A DNA stretch of 62,914 bases from assembly GCA_021738485.1 (NCBI GenBank), contig JAIPBX010000004.1, forward strand, positions 1 through 62,914, given 5' to 3'. Under the pieces are notes generated by a model that saw nothing but the letters and a program-made list of their open reading frames with translations, did no database searches and was not told where the DNA came from. Source of the stretch: Bacteroidales bacterium (GTDB lineage: Bacteria > Bacteroidota > Bacteroidia > Bacteroidales > JAIPAH01). Each line of letters begins with the position of its first letter. The first letter of the stretch is position 1. This document shows, in pieces, positions 19,166-29,090 of this stretch. The translations under genes were made by a program, and so were the position numbers.

Positions 19166-19796
19166 ATGGCTTGATGCGATGGATTCCCTTTTCGTAAGGT
19201 GTAAAAATGATCTTCTTAAGCCTTTCATACTCGGCTGGGTTCTGCACAAAATCAATATTATTGGCATCGACAACTACTATCCTGAGATCTTCCCGCTGTT
19301 GCATAAATTCAAAATAACTCTCCTGTATCTGTTCCAGGTATTCATCAGGAATTTCCTGTTCATAGCTGCGGCCTCGTTTCCGGATATTAGCCTGAAGTTG
19401 CTCTATCCCCATATAAAGATAAACAATTAAATCGGGAGGAGGTAATGTGGTATTTATAATGGTATAAAGCCGGGAATAAAGGGCAAATTCGTCAGGCTGA
19501 AGAGTCTTTTTTGCAAATACAAGAGATTTACCAATAAAATAGTCGGCAACAATGAAGTCATGAAAAAGATCGCCCGAGCTCAACACATTCTTCATCTGCT
19601 GATACCTTTCGGCCAGAAAAGAAAGCTCAAGGGGAAAAGCATATTTGTCGGGGTTTTTATAAAATTTAGGTAAAAAAGAGTTATCCTCAAACTGTTCATT
19701 AACAAGGCGGGCATTATAGTCAGTTGACAGCTTTCCTGCCAACGTACTTTTACCGGCTCCAATATTCCCCTCTATTGCAATAAAGTTGTAATTCAT
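19164..19796 (-). CDS. Deoxynucleoside kinase (dNK family)
   Basis: IAIEGNIGAGKST, FLPKFY, PDLIVYL, IRKRGRSYE. Confidence 0.92.
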   Translation of the reverse strand: MNYNFIAIEGNIGAGKSTLAGKLSTDYNARLVNEQFEDNSFLPKFYKNPDKYAFPLELSFLAERYQQMKNVLSSGDLFHDFIVADYFIGKSLVFAKKTLQPDEFALYSRLYTIINTTLPPPDLIVYLYMGIEQLQANIRKRGRSYEQEIPDEYLEQIQESYFEFMQQREDLRIVVVDANNIDFVQNPAEYERLKKIIFTPYEKGIHRIKP

Positions 19797-20311
19797 TCCA
19801 TTTCATAATTTGAAAATAACGAGCGGTCGAAATACGACATCACTTTTAAATTATCGGAGCAGTCGTGATAAAGCCGGCTGATGGTCTTTTTCAGAACAGG
19901 ATGGCTCTTCTGCGGTGCAAGTTCCAAAAGCGGTATAAGTGTAAACCGGCGATCCTGAATTTTCGGATGGGGAATATGAAGTGCTGTATCCTCCAAAATC
20001 TGTTCTCCATAGAAAAGTATATCAATATCGATCACCCTGGAGGCCATTTGCTGATTTTTTCTCACGCGCCCCAGTTCTTCTTCAATAGCTAGAATTTCTT
20101 TTAACAGCTTATGAGGAGATAACTCAGTATGTATCACTACCACCTGGTTAAGAAAGTTATGATTATCATCAAAACCCCAGGGTTCCGATTCATAGATTGA
20201 AGAATACTGCATTAACTTTCCACATCGTGACTGCATTTTTTTAGTGGCGTCTTCCAGGAGTTGTTCCCTGTCCCCCAGGTTACTACCCAAAAGTAAAAAC
20301 ACTTCTTCCAT
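19793..20311 (-). CDS. folK: 2-amino-4-hydroxy-6-hydroxymethyldihydropteridine diphosphokinase
   Basis: LLLGSNLGDR, FLNQVV, IEEELGR, RVIDIDIL, IPHP..RRFTLIPL; start moved to 20311 (TATTTTTG box at 20333-20340). Confidence 0.95.
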   Translation of the reverse strand: MEEVFLLLGSNLGDREQLLEDATKKMQSRCGKLMQYSSIYESEPWGFDDNHNFLNQVVVIHTELSPHKLLKEILAIEEELGRVRKNQQMASRVIDIDILFYGEQILEDTALHIPHPKIQDRRFTLIPLLELAPQKSHPVLKKTISRLYHDCSDNLKVMSYFDRSLFSNYEME

Positions 20312-20375
20312 AGGTACTTCTGTTTTGAGGCACAAAAATACAACAGGCGGTTAAGAATAGGAAAGAAAGGGATGA

Positions 20376-21356
20376 TTAAATTGGTAATTGTACGGTTTCA
20401 TCTCTTATGAAGGCCTCCATCCGACTATACAGCTTTCTTATCTTGTGATGATACTCCGAATCGGAAGCCCATCTTCCGGTCAGCTCTTCCACTGCCGGGG
20501 CTACCCCTCGCTGCACATAATAAAAACGTTTATCCACCAATTCGTGATTCAACTCCTGCTTGCTGGCATAAGCTTTTAAGTGCTGGATATGAGCTCTGAT
20601 ACCTTTGCGGGCATTTTCAAAAGATTCGCCGGGGGTATGGTCATTCACCGTACCCAGCCCACAGAAATTATTCTGCTCTGCTTGCACCACCCCGGTATAT
20701 TTTAAGAAGTCAGTTTCATGACACATTTGTACAAAAGCTACATCGTGATTAACACCTTCGCGCCTTGCTTCATTGATATATAGCTCTGTCAATCTTTCCA
20801 CATAACTTGTATCTATCGAATCATTATGCAGAAGCAAAAAATCTCTTAGCTGCATCATACTCAAAGTCCCTGATCCCATGATCATCAGGTCACTCTCCGG
20901 GGTTTTTTTTGCGTGGGTGGGGTCTTCCTTTTCAACCGGTTTCACAGCATTCTTTTGTTCATAAATCAAAAACCGCAGGTCTTTTTGTGCATCAGATAAA
21001 CCCGATTGATAACGCTGAGCTAAAAATCCAGGCAACAAAATCTTTTGCGAAGTATCATCAAAAAATAATTCTAACTGCTGAGAACCCGATGTTCTGATAT
21101 CGAGGGGATAGTATTGATTGTGCAGAAAAATTTGTTGGTCCCTCTTTTTGGAACCTTTAGACTTTCTGGCCGAAAAAATCTGCAGGGTATCATCTTTAAC
21201 CATTGTTTTGAAGGAGATAGGGTGATCTGAAAAAAAATTGTCATGGTACGATGTTTTATATAGGGAGCTTCCTGTGAAAGAAGAATAAGAGGTTCGCTCG
21301 GTAACGAATACAAAAAACAACAAAAACCCCAGCGCAAACCACTGAGAACCTGACAT
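20376..21356 (-). CDS. Glucosaminidase-domain (GH73-like) protein
   Basis: C-terminal YINEARREGVNHDVAFVQMCHETDFL, QNNFCGLG, AHIQHLKAYA, LTGRWASD; start uncertain (21356 or 21425). Confidence 0.75.
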   Translation of the reverse strand: MSGSQWFALGFLLFFVFVTERTSYSSFTGSSLYKTSYHDNFFSDHPISFKTMVKDDTLQIFSARKSKGSKKRDQQIFLHNQYYPLDIRTSGSQQLELFFDDTSQKILLPGFLAQRYQSGLSDAQKDLRFLIYEQKNAVKPVEKEDPTHAKKTPESDLMIMGSGTLSMMQLRDFLLLHNDSIDTSYVERLTELYINEARREGVNHDVAFVQMCHETDFLKYTGVVQAEQNNFCGLGTVNDHTPGESFENARKGIRAHIQHLKAYASKQELNHELVDKRFYYVQRGVAPAVEELTGRWASDSEYHHKIRKLYSRMEAFIRDETVQLPI

Positions 21357-21563
21357 TTTTATACTCTTACAGACAGATAAGAAATTGCGCCCTGCAAGGA
21401 GTTTGTAAATAGTATACGTTACCATATTACAAATATGTGAAAATCTCCCGTTAAGTTGATAGCCTTTGTTTAAATAATGTCAACAACCTGTTGTTAATAT
21501 TGCTAAGATCAAGTAATTTTGGGCATTGAAAGAAATTATAAAACCACAGAAAAAGCATTAACT

Positions 21564-23336
21564 ATGAAACAGTTTTTTAAATTCACGTTCGCTTCAGCAT
21601 TGGGATTCCTAATCACCTTTGTAGTAGTTATATTAATCCTTTTTGGAATTATATCGTCAACGCTGTCTTTCACCGATAGCAAAACCGTTTTGGTACCGGA
21701 GGGTTCGGTTTTAAAAATGGAATTGGATTACCCCATTAATGATCGCGGAGAAGCTACCCCAAATTTCACAGATTTTTCTTCCCTGATGTCAAAACCGATA
21801 GGACTTATCGACATACTGGAGAATATTGATAAAGCCAAACAAGATAAAAAAATAGAAGGCATTTACCTTGATCTTACCAACATCCAAACCGGTATGGCTT
21901 CCCTGCAGGAAATACGTAATGCCCTGAAGGATTTTAAAGAAAGTGGAAAATTCGTTATCAGCTATGCCGAGAATTACACCCAAAAGTCTTATTACCTGGC
22001 CAGCGTGGCCGACAGCGTGCTACTCCATCCGGAAGGCAATTTTGGATTTAAAGGGATAAATGCCGAAATCATGTTTTACAAAAACCTGTTGGACAAAATT
22101 GATGTCGAAGTCCAGGTTATACGCCACGGTAACTTCAAAAGCGCCGTCGAACCATTTGTGATGGATCATATGAGTGAGGCCAATCGTGAACAGACCTCAA
22201 CATTTATCAATTCGATGTGGGGAGAGGTAGTGTCTGCCATTTCGGAAAGCCGCGGAATATCTGCAAAAGAATTAAACAATCTGGCCGACAAGCTGAAGGT
22301 CACAAAGGCCGACGAAGCCCTTAAGCATGATTTTGTGGATGACCTCCTATACAAAGACGAAGTCTATAGCTACTATAAAGAAAGGCTTAACAAGGATAAG
22401 ACCGAGGACCTCTCTTTTGTCAGCCTTAAAAAATATCAGGATGCTATTGTAGAAGAATTACGGGAGACGGTTCCCAAGCATAAAATTGCTGTGATATTTG
22501 CCCAGGGGCCCATACAATCGGGCGAAGGCGATAGCCGCATGTCTATCGGTTCCGGGAAAATGTCGCGCCAAATCCGCAAAGTCCGTAAAGATTCCACTAT
22601 TGATGCAGTGGTTTTACGCGTCACCTCCCCCGGAGGAAGCGCCCTGGCAAGCGATGTTATCTGGCGTGAAACTATACTGACAGCCGATAAAAAACCATTT
22701 ATAGTTTCTATGGGTGATGTGGCTGCCTCGGGAGGTTATTATATCTCCTGCGGGGCTGATTCCATATTCGCGAGTCCTACAACGCTGACCGGGTCGATAG
22801 GGGTTTTTGGTATCATTCCAAATATGCAGGGGCTCCTCAACGAAAAACTGGGGATCACTTTTGATAATGTAAAAACCAATGAAAACGCCGGCTATATATC
22901 GGTCAACAGACCGCTCACCGATTATGAGCGAAAAGTTCTTAAAGACAATGTGGAAGACACCTACAACACCTTCACACAAAAAGTAGCTAAAGGAAGAGAC
23001 ATGAGCGTTGAAAATGTGGACGATGTAGGCCAGGGACGCGTCTGGAGCGGCGTTGATGCTAAAAAGAATGGGCTCGTGGATCAGTATGGAGGACTTATGG
23101 CTGCTATTAAAGCCGCTGCTGAGAAAGCCGGTGTTGAAGATGATTACAGGTTAATCAAATATCCCGAAAAGAAACAACCCCTGGAAGCCTTTATTGATGA
23201 ACTGACGGGACGTAAAAAATCAATGGCCATTGAAAAAGAACTGGGACCTTTCTATTCCTATTACAAATATCTTAAAGCGATTTACCAAATGGAAGGCCCA
23301 CAGGCCCGGCTTCCTTATGAAATAAATATCTATTAG
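21564..23336 (+). CDS. sppA: Signal peptide peptidase SppA (67K type)
   Basis: FKSAVEP, SPGGSA, SMGDVAASGGY, TGSIGVFG, QGRVWSG; promoter box TAATTTTG at 21514-21521. Confidence 0.95.
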   Translation: MKQFFKFTFASALGFLITFVVVILILFGIISSTLSFTDSKTVLVPEGSVLKMELDYPINDRGEATPNFTDFSSLMSKPIGLIDILENIDKAKQDKKIEGIYLDLTNIQTGMASLQEIRNALKDFKESGKFVISYAENYTQKSYYLASVADSVLLHPEGNFGFKGINAEIMFYKNLLDKIDVEVQVIRHGNFKSAVEPFVMDHMSEANREQTSTFINSMWGEVVSAISESRGISAKELNNLADKLKVTKADEALKHDFVDDLLYKDEVYSYYKERLNKDKTEDLSFVSLKKYQDAIVEELRETVPKHKIAVIFAQGPIQSGEGDSRMSIGSGKMSRQIRKVRKDSTIDAVVLRVTSPGGSALASDVIWRETILTADKKPFIVSMGDVAASGGYYISCGADSIFASPTTLTGSIGVFGIIPNMQGLLNEKLGITFDNVKTNENAGYISVNRPLTDYERKVLKDNVEDTYNTFTQKVAKGRDMSVENVDDVGQGRVWSGVDAKKNGLVDQYGGLMAAIKAAAEKAGVEDDYRLIKYPEKKQPLEAFIDELTGRKKSMAIEKELGPFYSYYKYLKAIYQMEGPQARLPYEINIY

Positions 23337-23355
23337 CAGCAAAAAGCTAATCGCT

Positions 23356-23392
23356 GCCGGTGCAGGTTTTAAAAGACTTGTACCGGTTTTTT
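23356..23392 (+). terminator. Intrinsic terminator after sppA
   Basis: GCCGGTGCAGGT...ACTTGTACCGGTTTTTT hairpin with U-tract. Confidence 0.6.
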
Positions 23393-23422
23393 ATGTCATG
23401 AAATCAATAACCAGCTAAGGAT

Positions 23423-23977
23423 ATGAATCGACTCTCATTTGACAAGAAAAAACTGCGCCAACGAATAAAAGAACAAAAAAAGCGAATCACTTTTGAGGAT
23501 AAACAAAAACGTTCTGCCATTATCATGGAAAAACTAGAGCAGGATGAAAACTTTCAAAAGGCTCACACGATTATGTGCTACTGGTCCATGAAGGATGAGG
23601 TTCATACCCATGATTTTATCAGAAAATGGCATCCTTCAAAGCGTATCATCCTTCCTTCCGTAAAAGGCGAAGAACTGGAACTTAAAGTTTATGAAGGACC
23701 TGACAGCATGAAGGAGGGTGAGAAATTCGCTATCCTGGAACCTACAGGAGCAAGCTTTACCGAGTTGTCAGAATTTGATTTGGCTATTATTCCGGGTGTT
23801 GCATTTGATAAAAACCATAACCGTATGGGCCGCGGGAAAGCTTATTATGATAAACTGCTTCAAAGTATCTCCTGCCCAAAGTACGGTATTTGTTTTGATT
23901 TTCAGTTCATGGATGAAATCCCTGTGGATAATCACGATATCAAAATGGACCGTATTATCACCGACAAGATATCCTGA
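23423..23977 (+). CDS. 5-formyltetrahydrofolate cyclo-ligase
   Basis: DEV, ILEP, IPGVAFD..HNRMGRGKAYYD, HDIKMD motifs. Confidence 0.93.
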   Translation: MNRLSFDKKKLRQRIKEQKKRITFEDKQKRSAIIMEKLEQDENFQKAHTIMCYWSMKDEVHTHDFIRKWHPSKRIILPSVKGEELELKVYEGPDSMKEGEKFAILEPTGASFTELSEFDLAIIPGVAFDKNHNRMGRGKAYYDKLLQSISCPKYGICFDFQFMDEIPVDNHDIKMDRIITDKIS

Positions 23978-23979
23978 AA

Positions 23980-24795
23980 TTATTCTTCAAAACCTTCCAG
24001 GCGATCCAGCTTACGCTGTAGCTTTTCGCTGGCAGAAGCATCATATTTATAATCAATCGCTGCTCCCTCCCATTCGCCATACATGGCATTAGGGAGCACA
24101 ATAAATCGCTTTCCAAAAGCTTCTCTCAGCGAATCGGTTTTGGCATAGCGGCCGGCTACGGATTTTCCTTCAAAAACTTCAGAAAAATCGTTCAGATTGT
24201 CCCCTATTAGCATTATGATTTTATACTCATCGGCAATCCTTTGTCGACGCTTCTCTTTTCCGGAAGTAACCGTTTTCAAAAACAAGTGATCATCGGTAAC
24301 TTGTGGAAACCCCACATCTTTTAAATTGGCTTTAGTGTGTTTTCTGAGAGAATCATGACGATTTGAAACATAAAATATGGCCAATCCCTTTTTATCTGCA
24401 TAATTGAGAAATTCCAAAGCTCCGGGGATAGCATTGGCCTGCTCTTTTTTGATCCATTCCGCCCAATAGGCCGAATAACTTGCATTTTTCTTTATAAGGT
24501 GAGCCTGAAAAGGGCTGTTATCCAGAATTGTTTCATCGATATCCAATACCACCGCCTGCTTTTGTGTAAGGCCTGCCCGGCGCATGTGACGATCCACCTG
24601 CAGTTTAGCCACATTAAAAGCCTGGTAGGCTAAAGCTCTCATTTCGGATGCTGTTTGATGATATAACGTAGCCTGCAATAATGGTAGGTTTTTGTCGGAA
24701 TTATCATCAGTTGCCTGATTCTCGGTTATAATATCCTGAGATTTACAGGAACTCAACAGCAACAATATCAGGAAAGGAAATAAAACTCTTTTCAT
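23980..24795 (-). CDS. 5'-nucleotidase/acid phosphatase lipoprotein, e(P4) family
   Basis: Lipobox LSSC, HAD motif DIDETILDNS, YVSNR, GDNLNDF, LPNAMYGEWE; start at 24795 overlaps the upstream stop (ATGA). Confidence 0.9.
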   Translation of the reverse strand: MKRVLFPFLILLLLSSCKSQDIITENQATDDNSDKNLPLLQATLYHQTASEMRALAYQAFNVAKLQVDRHMRRAGLTQKQAVVLDIDETILDNSPFQAHLIKKNASYSAYWAEWIKKEQANAIPGALEFLNYADKKGLAIFYVSNRHDSLRKHTKANLKDVGFPQVTDDHLFLKTVTSGKEKRRQRIADEYKIIMLIGDNLNDFSEVFEGKSVAGRYAKTDSLREAFGKRFIVLPNAMYGEWEGAAIDYKYDASASEKLQRKLDRLEGFEE

Positions 24796-25052
24796 AATCC
24801 CTCTGTTTGTTTTGTCTCTTTTTGCCATTCAACGATTTTGTGCTGATAAGCAGCAATGGTGGCAGAAGAAACTGTTTCCTGGATATCACTTTTTCCGGAC
24901 CATCCATTGCCCTGATTAACATATTCCGTCTCCAGCATTTTTTTCAATTGCTGAATCGTAAAACCCGAATTGTTCTGTCTTTGTCGGTCTACATAATCGC
25001 AAACCCATTGGAATACCTCTTCGTATTTTCGCTCTATTGTTCTATCTGCCAT
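24792..25052 (-). CDS. Small hypothetical protein (86 aa)
   Basis: ATG start after the nifJ terminator, protein-like composition, ATGA overlap with the e(P4) gene. Confidence 0.65.
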   Translation of the reverse strand: MADRTIERKYEEVFQWVCDYVDRQRQNNSGFTIQQLKKMLETEYVNQGNGWSGKSDIQETVSSATIAAYQHKIVEWQKETKQTEGL

Positions 25053-25096
25053 AACCCTTTTTCTTCTTGTAACAGCTTATTCTCATTATTTGTTGC

Positions 25097-25128
25097 AAAA
25101 AAAGAGGCACCTCGTTAAAAGATGCCTC
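25097..25128 (-). terminator. Intrinsic terminator after nifJ
   Basis: Minus strand GAGGCATC...GGTGCCTC followed by T7. Confidence 0.65.
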
Positions 25129-25152
25129 CATTTTATTGTTCTATAAATATTG

Positions 25153-28100
25153 CTATTGATTCTGATCCTTTTGCGAATAGTCTCTTTCGGCCATACGCTT
25201 GTAATTGTTATATCGCCACCTGGCATCCTCCTCTGCTTGCTTAAAGAGTACGCGGGCTTCTTCGGGGAAGCCTTTCTTCAAGGCTGTGTAACGCACCTCT
25301 CCAGCAAGGAAATCCTGGAATTTCGACCAATCCGGCTCTTTCGAGTCAAGCACAAAGGGATTTTTACCTTCAGCCTCTCTCAAGGGATCGTAGCGATAAT
25401 TCTGCCAATAGCCTGCTTCAACGGCTCTCTTCTCTTCCGTTTGGGTCTGGTCCATTCCCGCTCTGATTCCGTGAGCAATACACGGCGAATAAGCAATAAT
25501 CATTGAAGGGCCGGGATAAGCCTCAGCTTCCTTCATAGCTTTGAAGAACTGCGAATTGCTAGCTCCCATAGCCACCTGAGCCACATATACGTACCCATAG
25601 CTCATAGCCATCACTCCAAGGTCCTTCTTACGGATTTTCTTCCCGGAGGCAGCAAATTTAGCAACAGCTCCCACCGGTGTAGCCTTTGAGGACTGACCGC
25701 CAGTATTTGAATAAACTTCCGTATCAAGAACAAGCACATTTACATCCTCTCCGGAAGCTAACACATGGTCCAGGCCACCATAACCAATGTCGTAGGCCCA
25801 TCCGTCACCACCGATAATCCAATTGGATTTTTTCACCAGATACTGACGTAATGCCAGGATATCTTTAGCAAAAGGCTTATCGCTGTTTTGTATGACTTCC
25901 AGTACTTTCGCTGAAGCTTCCACGGATTTTTGTGCGTCTTCCTTACCATCGAGCCACTCCTGGAAGGCTGCTTTCTGGTCTTCAGTAGCGCCATTTTCAA
26001 TTGCCTTACGCATCATGCCGGCAATGCGGGCACGCTGGTTATTGACGGCTAAAGCCATTCCATAGCCATACTCAGCATTATCTTCGAACAAGGAGTTTGC
26101 CCACGCCGGTCCGTGACCGCTTTCATTATTGACGCAATAAGGTGTTGAGGGTGCCGAGCCGCCCCAAATGGAGGAACATCCTGTGGCATTAGCTATCATC
26201 ATACGCTCCCCAAACAATTGTGTAATCGCCTTAACGTAAGGTGTTTCACCACATCCGGCACAAGCACCTGAAAACTCAAACAACGGTTGAGCAAACTGCG
26301 AATTCTTCACGGTTTTGTCTTTCGGTACCACATTTTCCTTGTAGGTGACATTATTGGTGAAATAGTCCCACAGCTTAATTTCTTCCTGCTGGTCATCCAA
26401 AGGCTTCATAACCAAAGCTTTTTCTTTGGTGGGACATGCATCGACACAATTGCCACAGCCGGTACAATCAAGAGGGCTCACCTGAATCTTATATTGCAAG
26501 CCTTCTAATCCTTTACCTTTTGCTTTAAGGGTAGGAGTGCCTTCCGGCAAGCCGGCCATCTCCTCTTCGTTCAACAACCACGGCTGAATTGAAGCGTGGG
26601 GGCAGACGAAAGCACAGATATTACACTGGATACAAAGATCAGGTTGCCATTCCGGAACTTCCACAGCAATTCCCCGCTTTTCATATTTTGTGGTTCCCTG
26701 AGGGAATGAACCGTCTTCTCTTCCAACAAAGGCACTCACCGGCAGGTCATCCCCTTGCTGAGCATTCATAGGCATTACCACATTTTTGACAAATTCAGGT
26801 ACATCGGCTTCTATGGTATCATCTTCGGGTTGCAGCTTCGACCATTCAGCCGGAATCTCCACTTTATGAACATTTTCACCACCTTTATCAACGGCAGCAT
26901 AGTTCATATTAACAATGTCTTCCCCTTTACGTCCGAAGGTTTTCTTAATGGCTTTTTTCATCTCATCAACAGCCTGCTCATAGGGAATCACCTCGGCAAT
27001 TTTAAAGAATGCGGCCTGCATGATGGTGTTGGTACGGCCACCCAATCCGATTTCTCCGGCAATTTTGGTGGCATTGATAATGTAGAAATTAATATCGTTA
27101 TCTGCGATGTATTTCTTCATCGAGTTGGGCATGTGCTTCTTGGTCTCTTCCTCATCCCAGATACTGTTCAGCAAGAAAGTTCCCCCTTTCTTCAAGCCCC
27201 GCAGCATTTCGTATTTGCCTAAATACGCCGGCACGTGACATGCCACAAAATCAGGGTTGTTCACTAAATAGGGGGCCCCTATCGGATAATCGCCAAATCG
27301 CAAATGCGAGATAGTTACTCCTCCTGATTTTTTGGAGTCATAGGAGAAGTAAGCCTGAGCAAATTTGTCGGTATTTTCGCCTATAATTTTGATAGAATTC
27401 TTGTTAGCCCCGACAGTACCATCAGAACCAATTCCCCAGAATTTTCCTTCGAAAGTTCCTTCCGGGACGACTGATATATCTTCCCCAACGGGTAAAGAAA
27501 GATAAGTTACATCATCCTCAATGCCAATGGTGAAGTTATTCTTAGGTTCGTTTCTTCTGAGATTATCAAATACGGCAACAATCTGCGCCGGGGTAGTATC
27601 TTTCGAAGACAGACCATAACGACCCCCCACAATAAGGGGGCGATCTTCCTTATCGTAATAGATATTTCTCACATCCTGATAAAGGGGTTCGCCGCCAGCT
27701 CCGGGCTCTTTAGTTCTATCCAGCACAGCAATTCGTTTCACGGTATCGGGCATTGTGTTAAGGAAATGCTTAGCAGAAAACGGGCGATACAGATGAACGG
27801 CTATCATGCCTACTTTTTCCCCTTGCTTTACTTTATGCTCTACCACTTCTTTAATGGTTTCGGTTGCCGAACCCATAGCGATAACCACTTCTTCCGCTTC
27901 GGGATGACCGTGATAGTTGAACAAGTGATATTCCCGGCCGCAAAGCCTGGACAATTCCTGCAGGTATTCTTCAACCACATCGGGCACCGTATCATAAAAT
28001 TTGTTAGCCACCTCCCGGGTCTGGAAATAAATATCCGGATTCTGGGCTGTTCCGCGGGTTACCGGATGTTCCGGGTTCAAGGCATTATCACGGAATTTCT

Positions 28101-28707
28101 GCACCGCATCTTTGTCGAGCAGGTGCTCTATATCTTCTTTATCGAAATACTCCGCTTTTTGGATTTCATGAGAGGAGCGAAAACCATCGAAAAAGTGTAA
28201 GAAAGGGATTCGGGTTTTTATAGAAGCCAGGTGAGCAGCTCCTGCAATATCGAGTATCTCCTGAACGCCGCTGGTTGCAAGCATTCCAAAACCAGTCATA
28301 CGGGTACTCATCACATCGGAGTGATCCCCGAAAATCGAAAGCGCCTGAGCAGCAACACTACGGGCACTTACATGAAAAACACCCGGTAATAGCTCACCGG
28401 AAATTTTATACATATTGGGAATCATTAACAACAATCCTTGCGAAGCCGTAAAGGTGCTTGTAAGGGCTCCGCCCTGCAGTGCCCCGTGAACAGCACCGGA
28501 GGCACCGCCTTCCGATTGTAATTCTGAAACTTCCACGGTTTCCCCAAAAATATTGGTCTTACCGCTGGAGGCCCATTCATCTATATATTCCGCCATTGTG
28601 GAAGAGGGCGTAATGGGATAAATAGCGGCCACTTCGCTAAACATATATGCCACATGTGACGCAGCGTAATTTCCGTCGCAAGTGATAAACTTCTTTTGTT
28701 TTGTCAT
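25153..28707 (-). CDS. nifJ: Pyruvate:ferredoxin (flavodoxin) oxidoreductase
   Basis: AIYPITPSS, FTASQGLLLM, two ferredoxin motifs (CIQCNICAFVCP, CTGCGNCVDACP), GACAGCGE, GGDGWAYDIG TPP motif. Confidence 0.97.
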   Translation of the reverse strand: MTKQKKFITCDGNYAASHVAYMFSEVAAIYPITPSSTMAEYIDEWASSGKTNIFGETVEVSELQSEGGASGAVHGALQGGALTSTFTASQGLLLMIPNMYKISGELLPGVFHVSARSVAAQALSIFGDHSDVMSTRMTGFGMLATSGVQEILDIAGAAHLASIKTRIPFLHFFDGFRSSHEIQKAEYFDKEDIEHLLDKDAVQKFRDNALNPEHPVTRGTAQNPDIYFQTREVANKFYDTVPDVVEEYLQELSRLCGREYHLFNYHGHPEAEEVVIAMGSATETIKEVVEHKVKQGEKVGMIAVHLYRPFSAKHFLNTMPDTVKRIAVLDRTKEPGAGGEPLYQDVRNIYYDKEDRPLIVGGRYGLSSKDTTPAQIVAVFDNLRRNEPKNNFTIGIEDDVTYLSLPVGEDISVVPEGTFEGKFWGIGSDGTVGANKNSIKIIGENTDKFAQAYFSYDSKKSGGVTISHLRFGDYPIGAPYLVNNPDFVACHVPAYLGKYEMLRGLKKGGTFLLNSIWDEEETKKHMPNSMKKYIADNDINFYIINATKIAGEIGLGGRTNTIMQAAFFKIAEVIPYEQAVDEMKKAIKKTFGRKGEDIVNMNYAAVDKGGENVHKVEIPAEWSKLQPEDDTIEADVPEFVKNVVMPMNAQQGDDLPVSAFVGREDGSFPQGTTKYEKRGIAVEVPEWQPDLCIQCNICAFVCPHASIQPWLLNEEEMAGLPEGTPTLKAKGKGLEGLQYKIQVSPLDCTGCGNCVDACPTKEKALVMKPLDDQQEEIKLWDYFTNNVTYKENVVPKDKTVKNSQFAQPLFEFSGACAGCGETPYVKAITQLFGERMMIANATGCSSIWGGSAPSTPYCVNNESGHGPAWANSLFEDNAEYGYGMALAVNNQRARIAGMMRKAIENGATEDQKAAFQEWLDGKEDAQKSVEASAKVLEVIQNSDKPFAKDILALRQYLVKKSNWIIGGDGWAYDIGYGGLDHVLASGEDVNVLVLDTEVYSNTGGQSSKATPVGAVAKFAASGKKIRKKDLGVMAMSYGYVYVAQVAMGASNSQFFKAMKEAEAYPGPSMIIAYSPCIAHGIRAGMDQTQTEEKRAVEAGYWQNYRYDPLREAEGKNPFVLDSKEPDWSKFQDFLAGEVRYTALKKGFPEEARVLFKQAEEDARWRYNNYKRMAERDYSQKDQNQ

Positions 28708-28749
28708 AATATTTAAAATTTAGATAAACCTTACTAGCAGGTTCTTATC

Positions 28750-28775
28750 TTGTTATCAATTTCACTGCGAAGTTA
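28750..28775 (-). promoter_or_regulatory. nifJ -7 box (TAACTTCG) with adjacent Rex-like operator
   Basis: CGAAGTTA at 28768-28775; TTGTTAT-CAAT-TTCACTG at 28750-28767 resembles TTGTGAA-N4-TTCACAA. Confidence 0.35.
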
Positions 28776-29090
28776 AAAAATAAAAAAGTCGATTTTTTTA
28801 TAAATAGCGCTATACCGGTAATTTATATCGATTTTAGATTGTTTGCAATCGTTTGAATTATATCTTTTGAACGTAAGAAGGAGCTATTTTAAAGCCTGTA
28901 AAGGCAGCAATGACATACCCTTTTATCTTATAATCCATTGACAAAAAGACAAAAGTGATTATATTCATACCGCTTGATTACATAGATCTATCAAATTCTT
29001 GATTGTGTGTAAAAAATAATTCTCTCCCCTACTTTGAGATAACGTTGAGGGTGCTTACATTTGTTATGGGATTTTAAATCAAACAAACCA

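Noticed and set aside
23337-23422. 6S RNA upstream of the 5-FTHF cyclo-ligase gene (ssrS-ygfA synteny)
   Set aside because: The gap is only 86 bp and is explained by a terminator hairpin.
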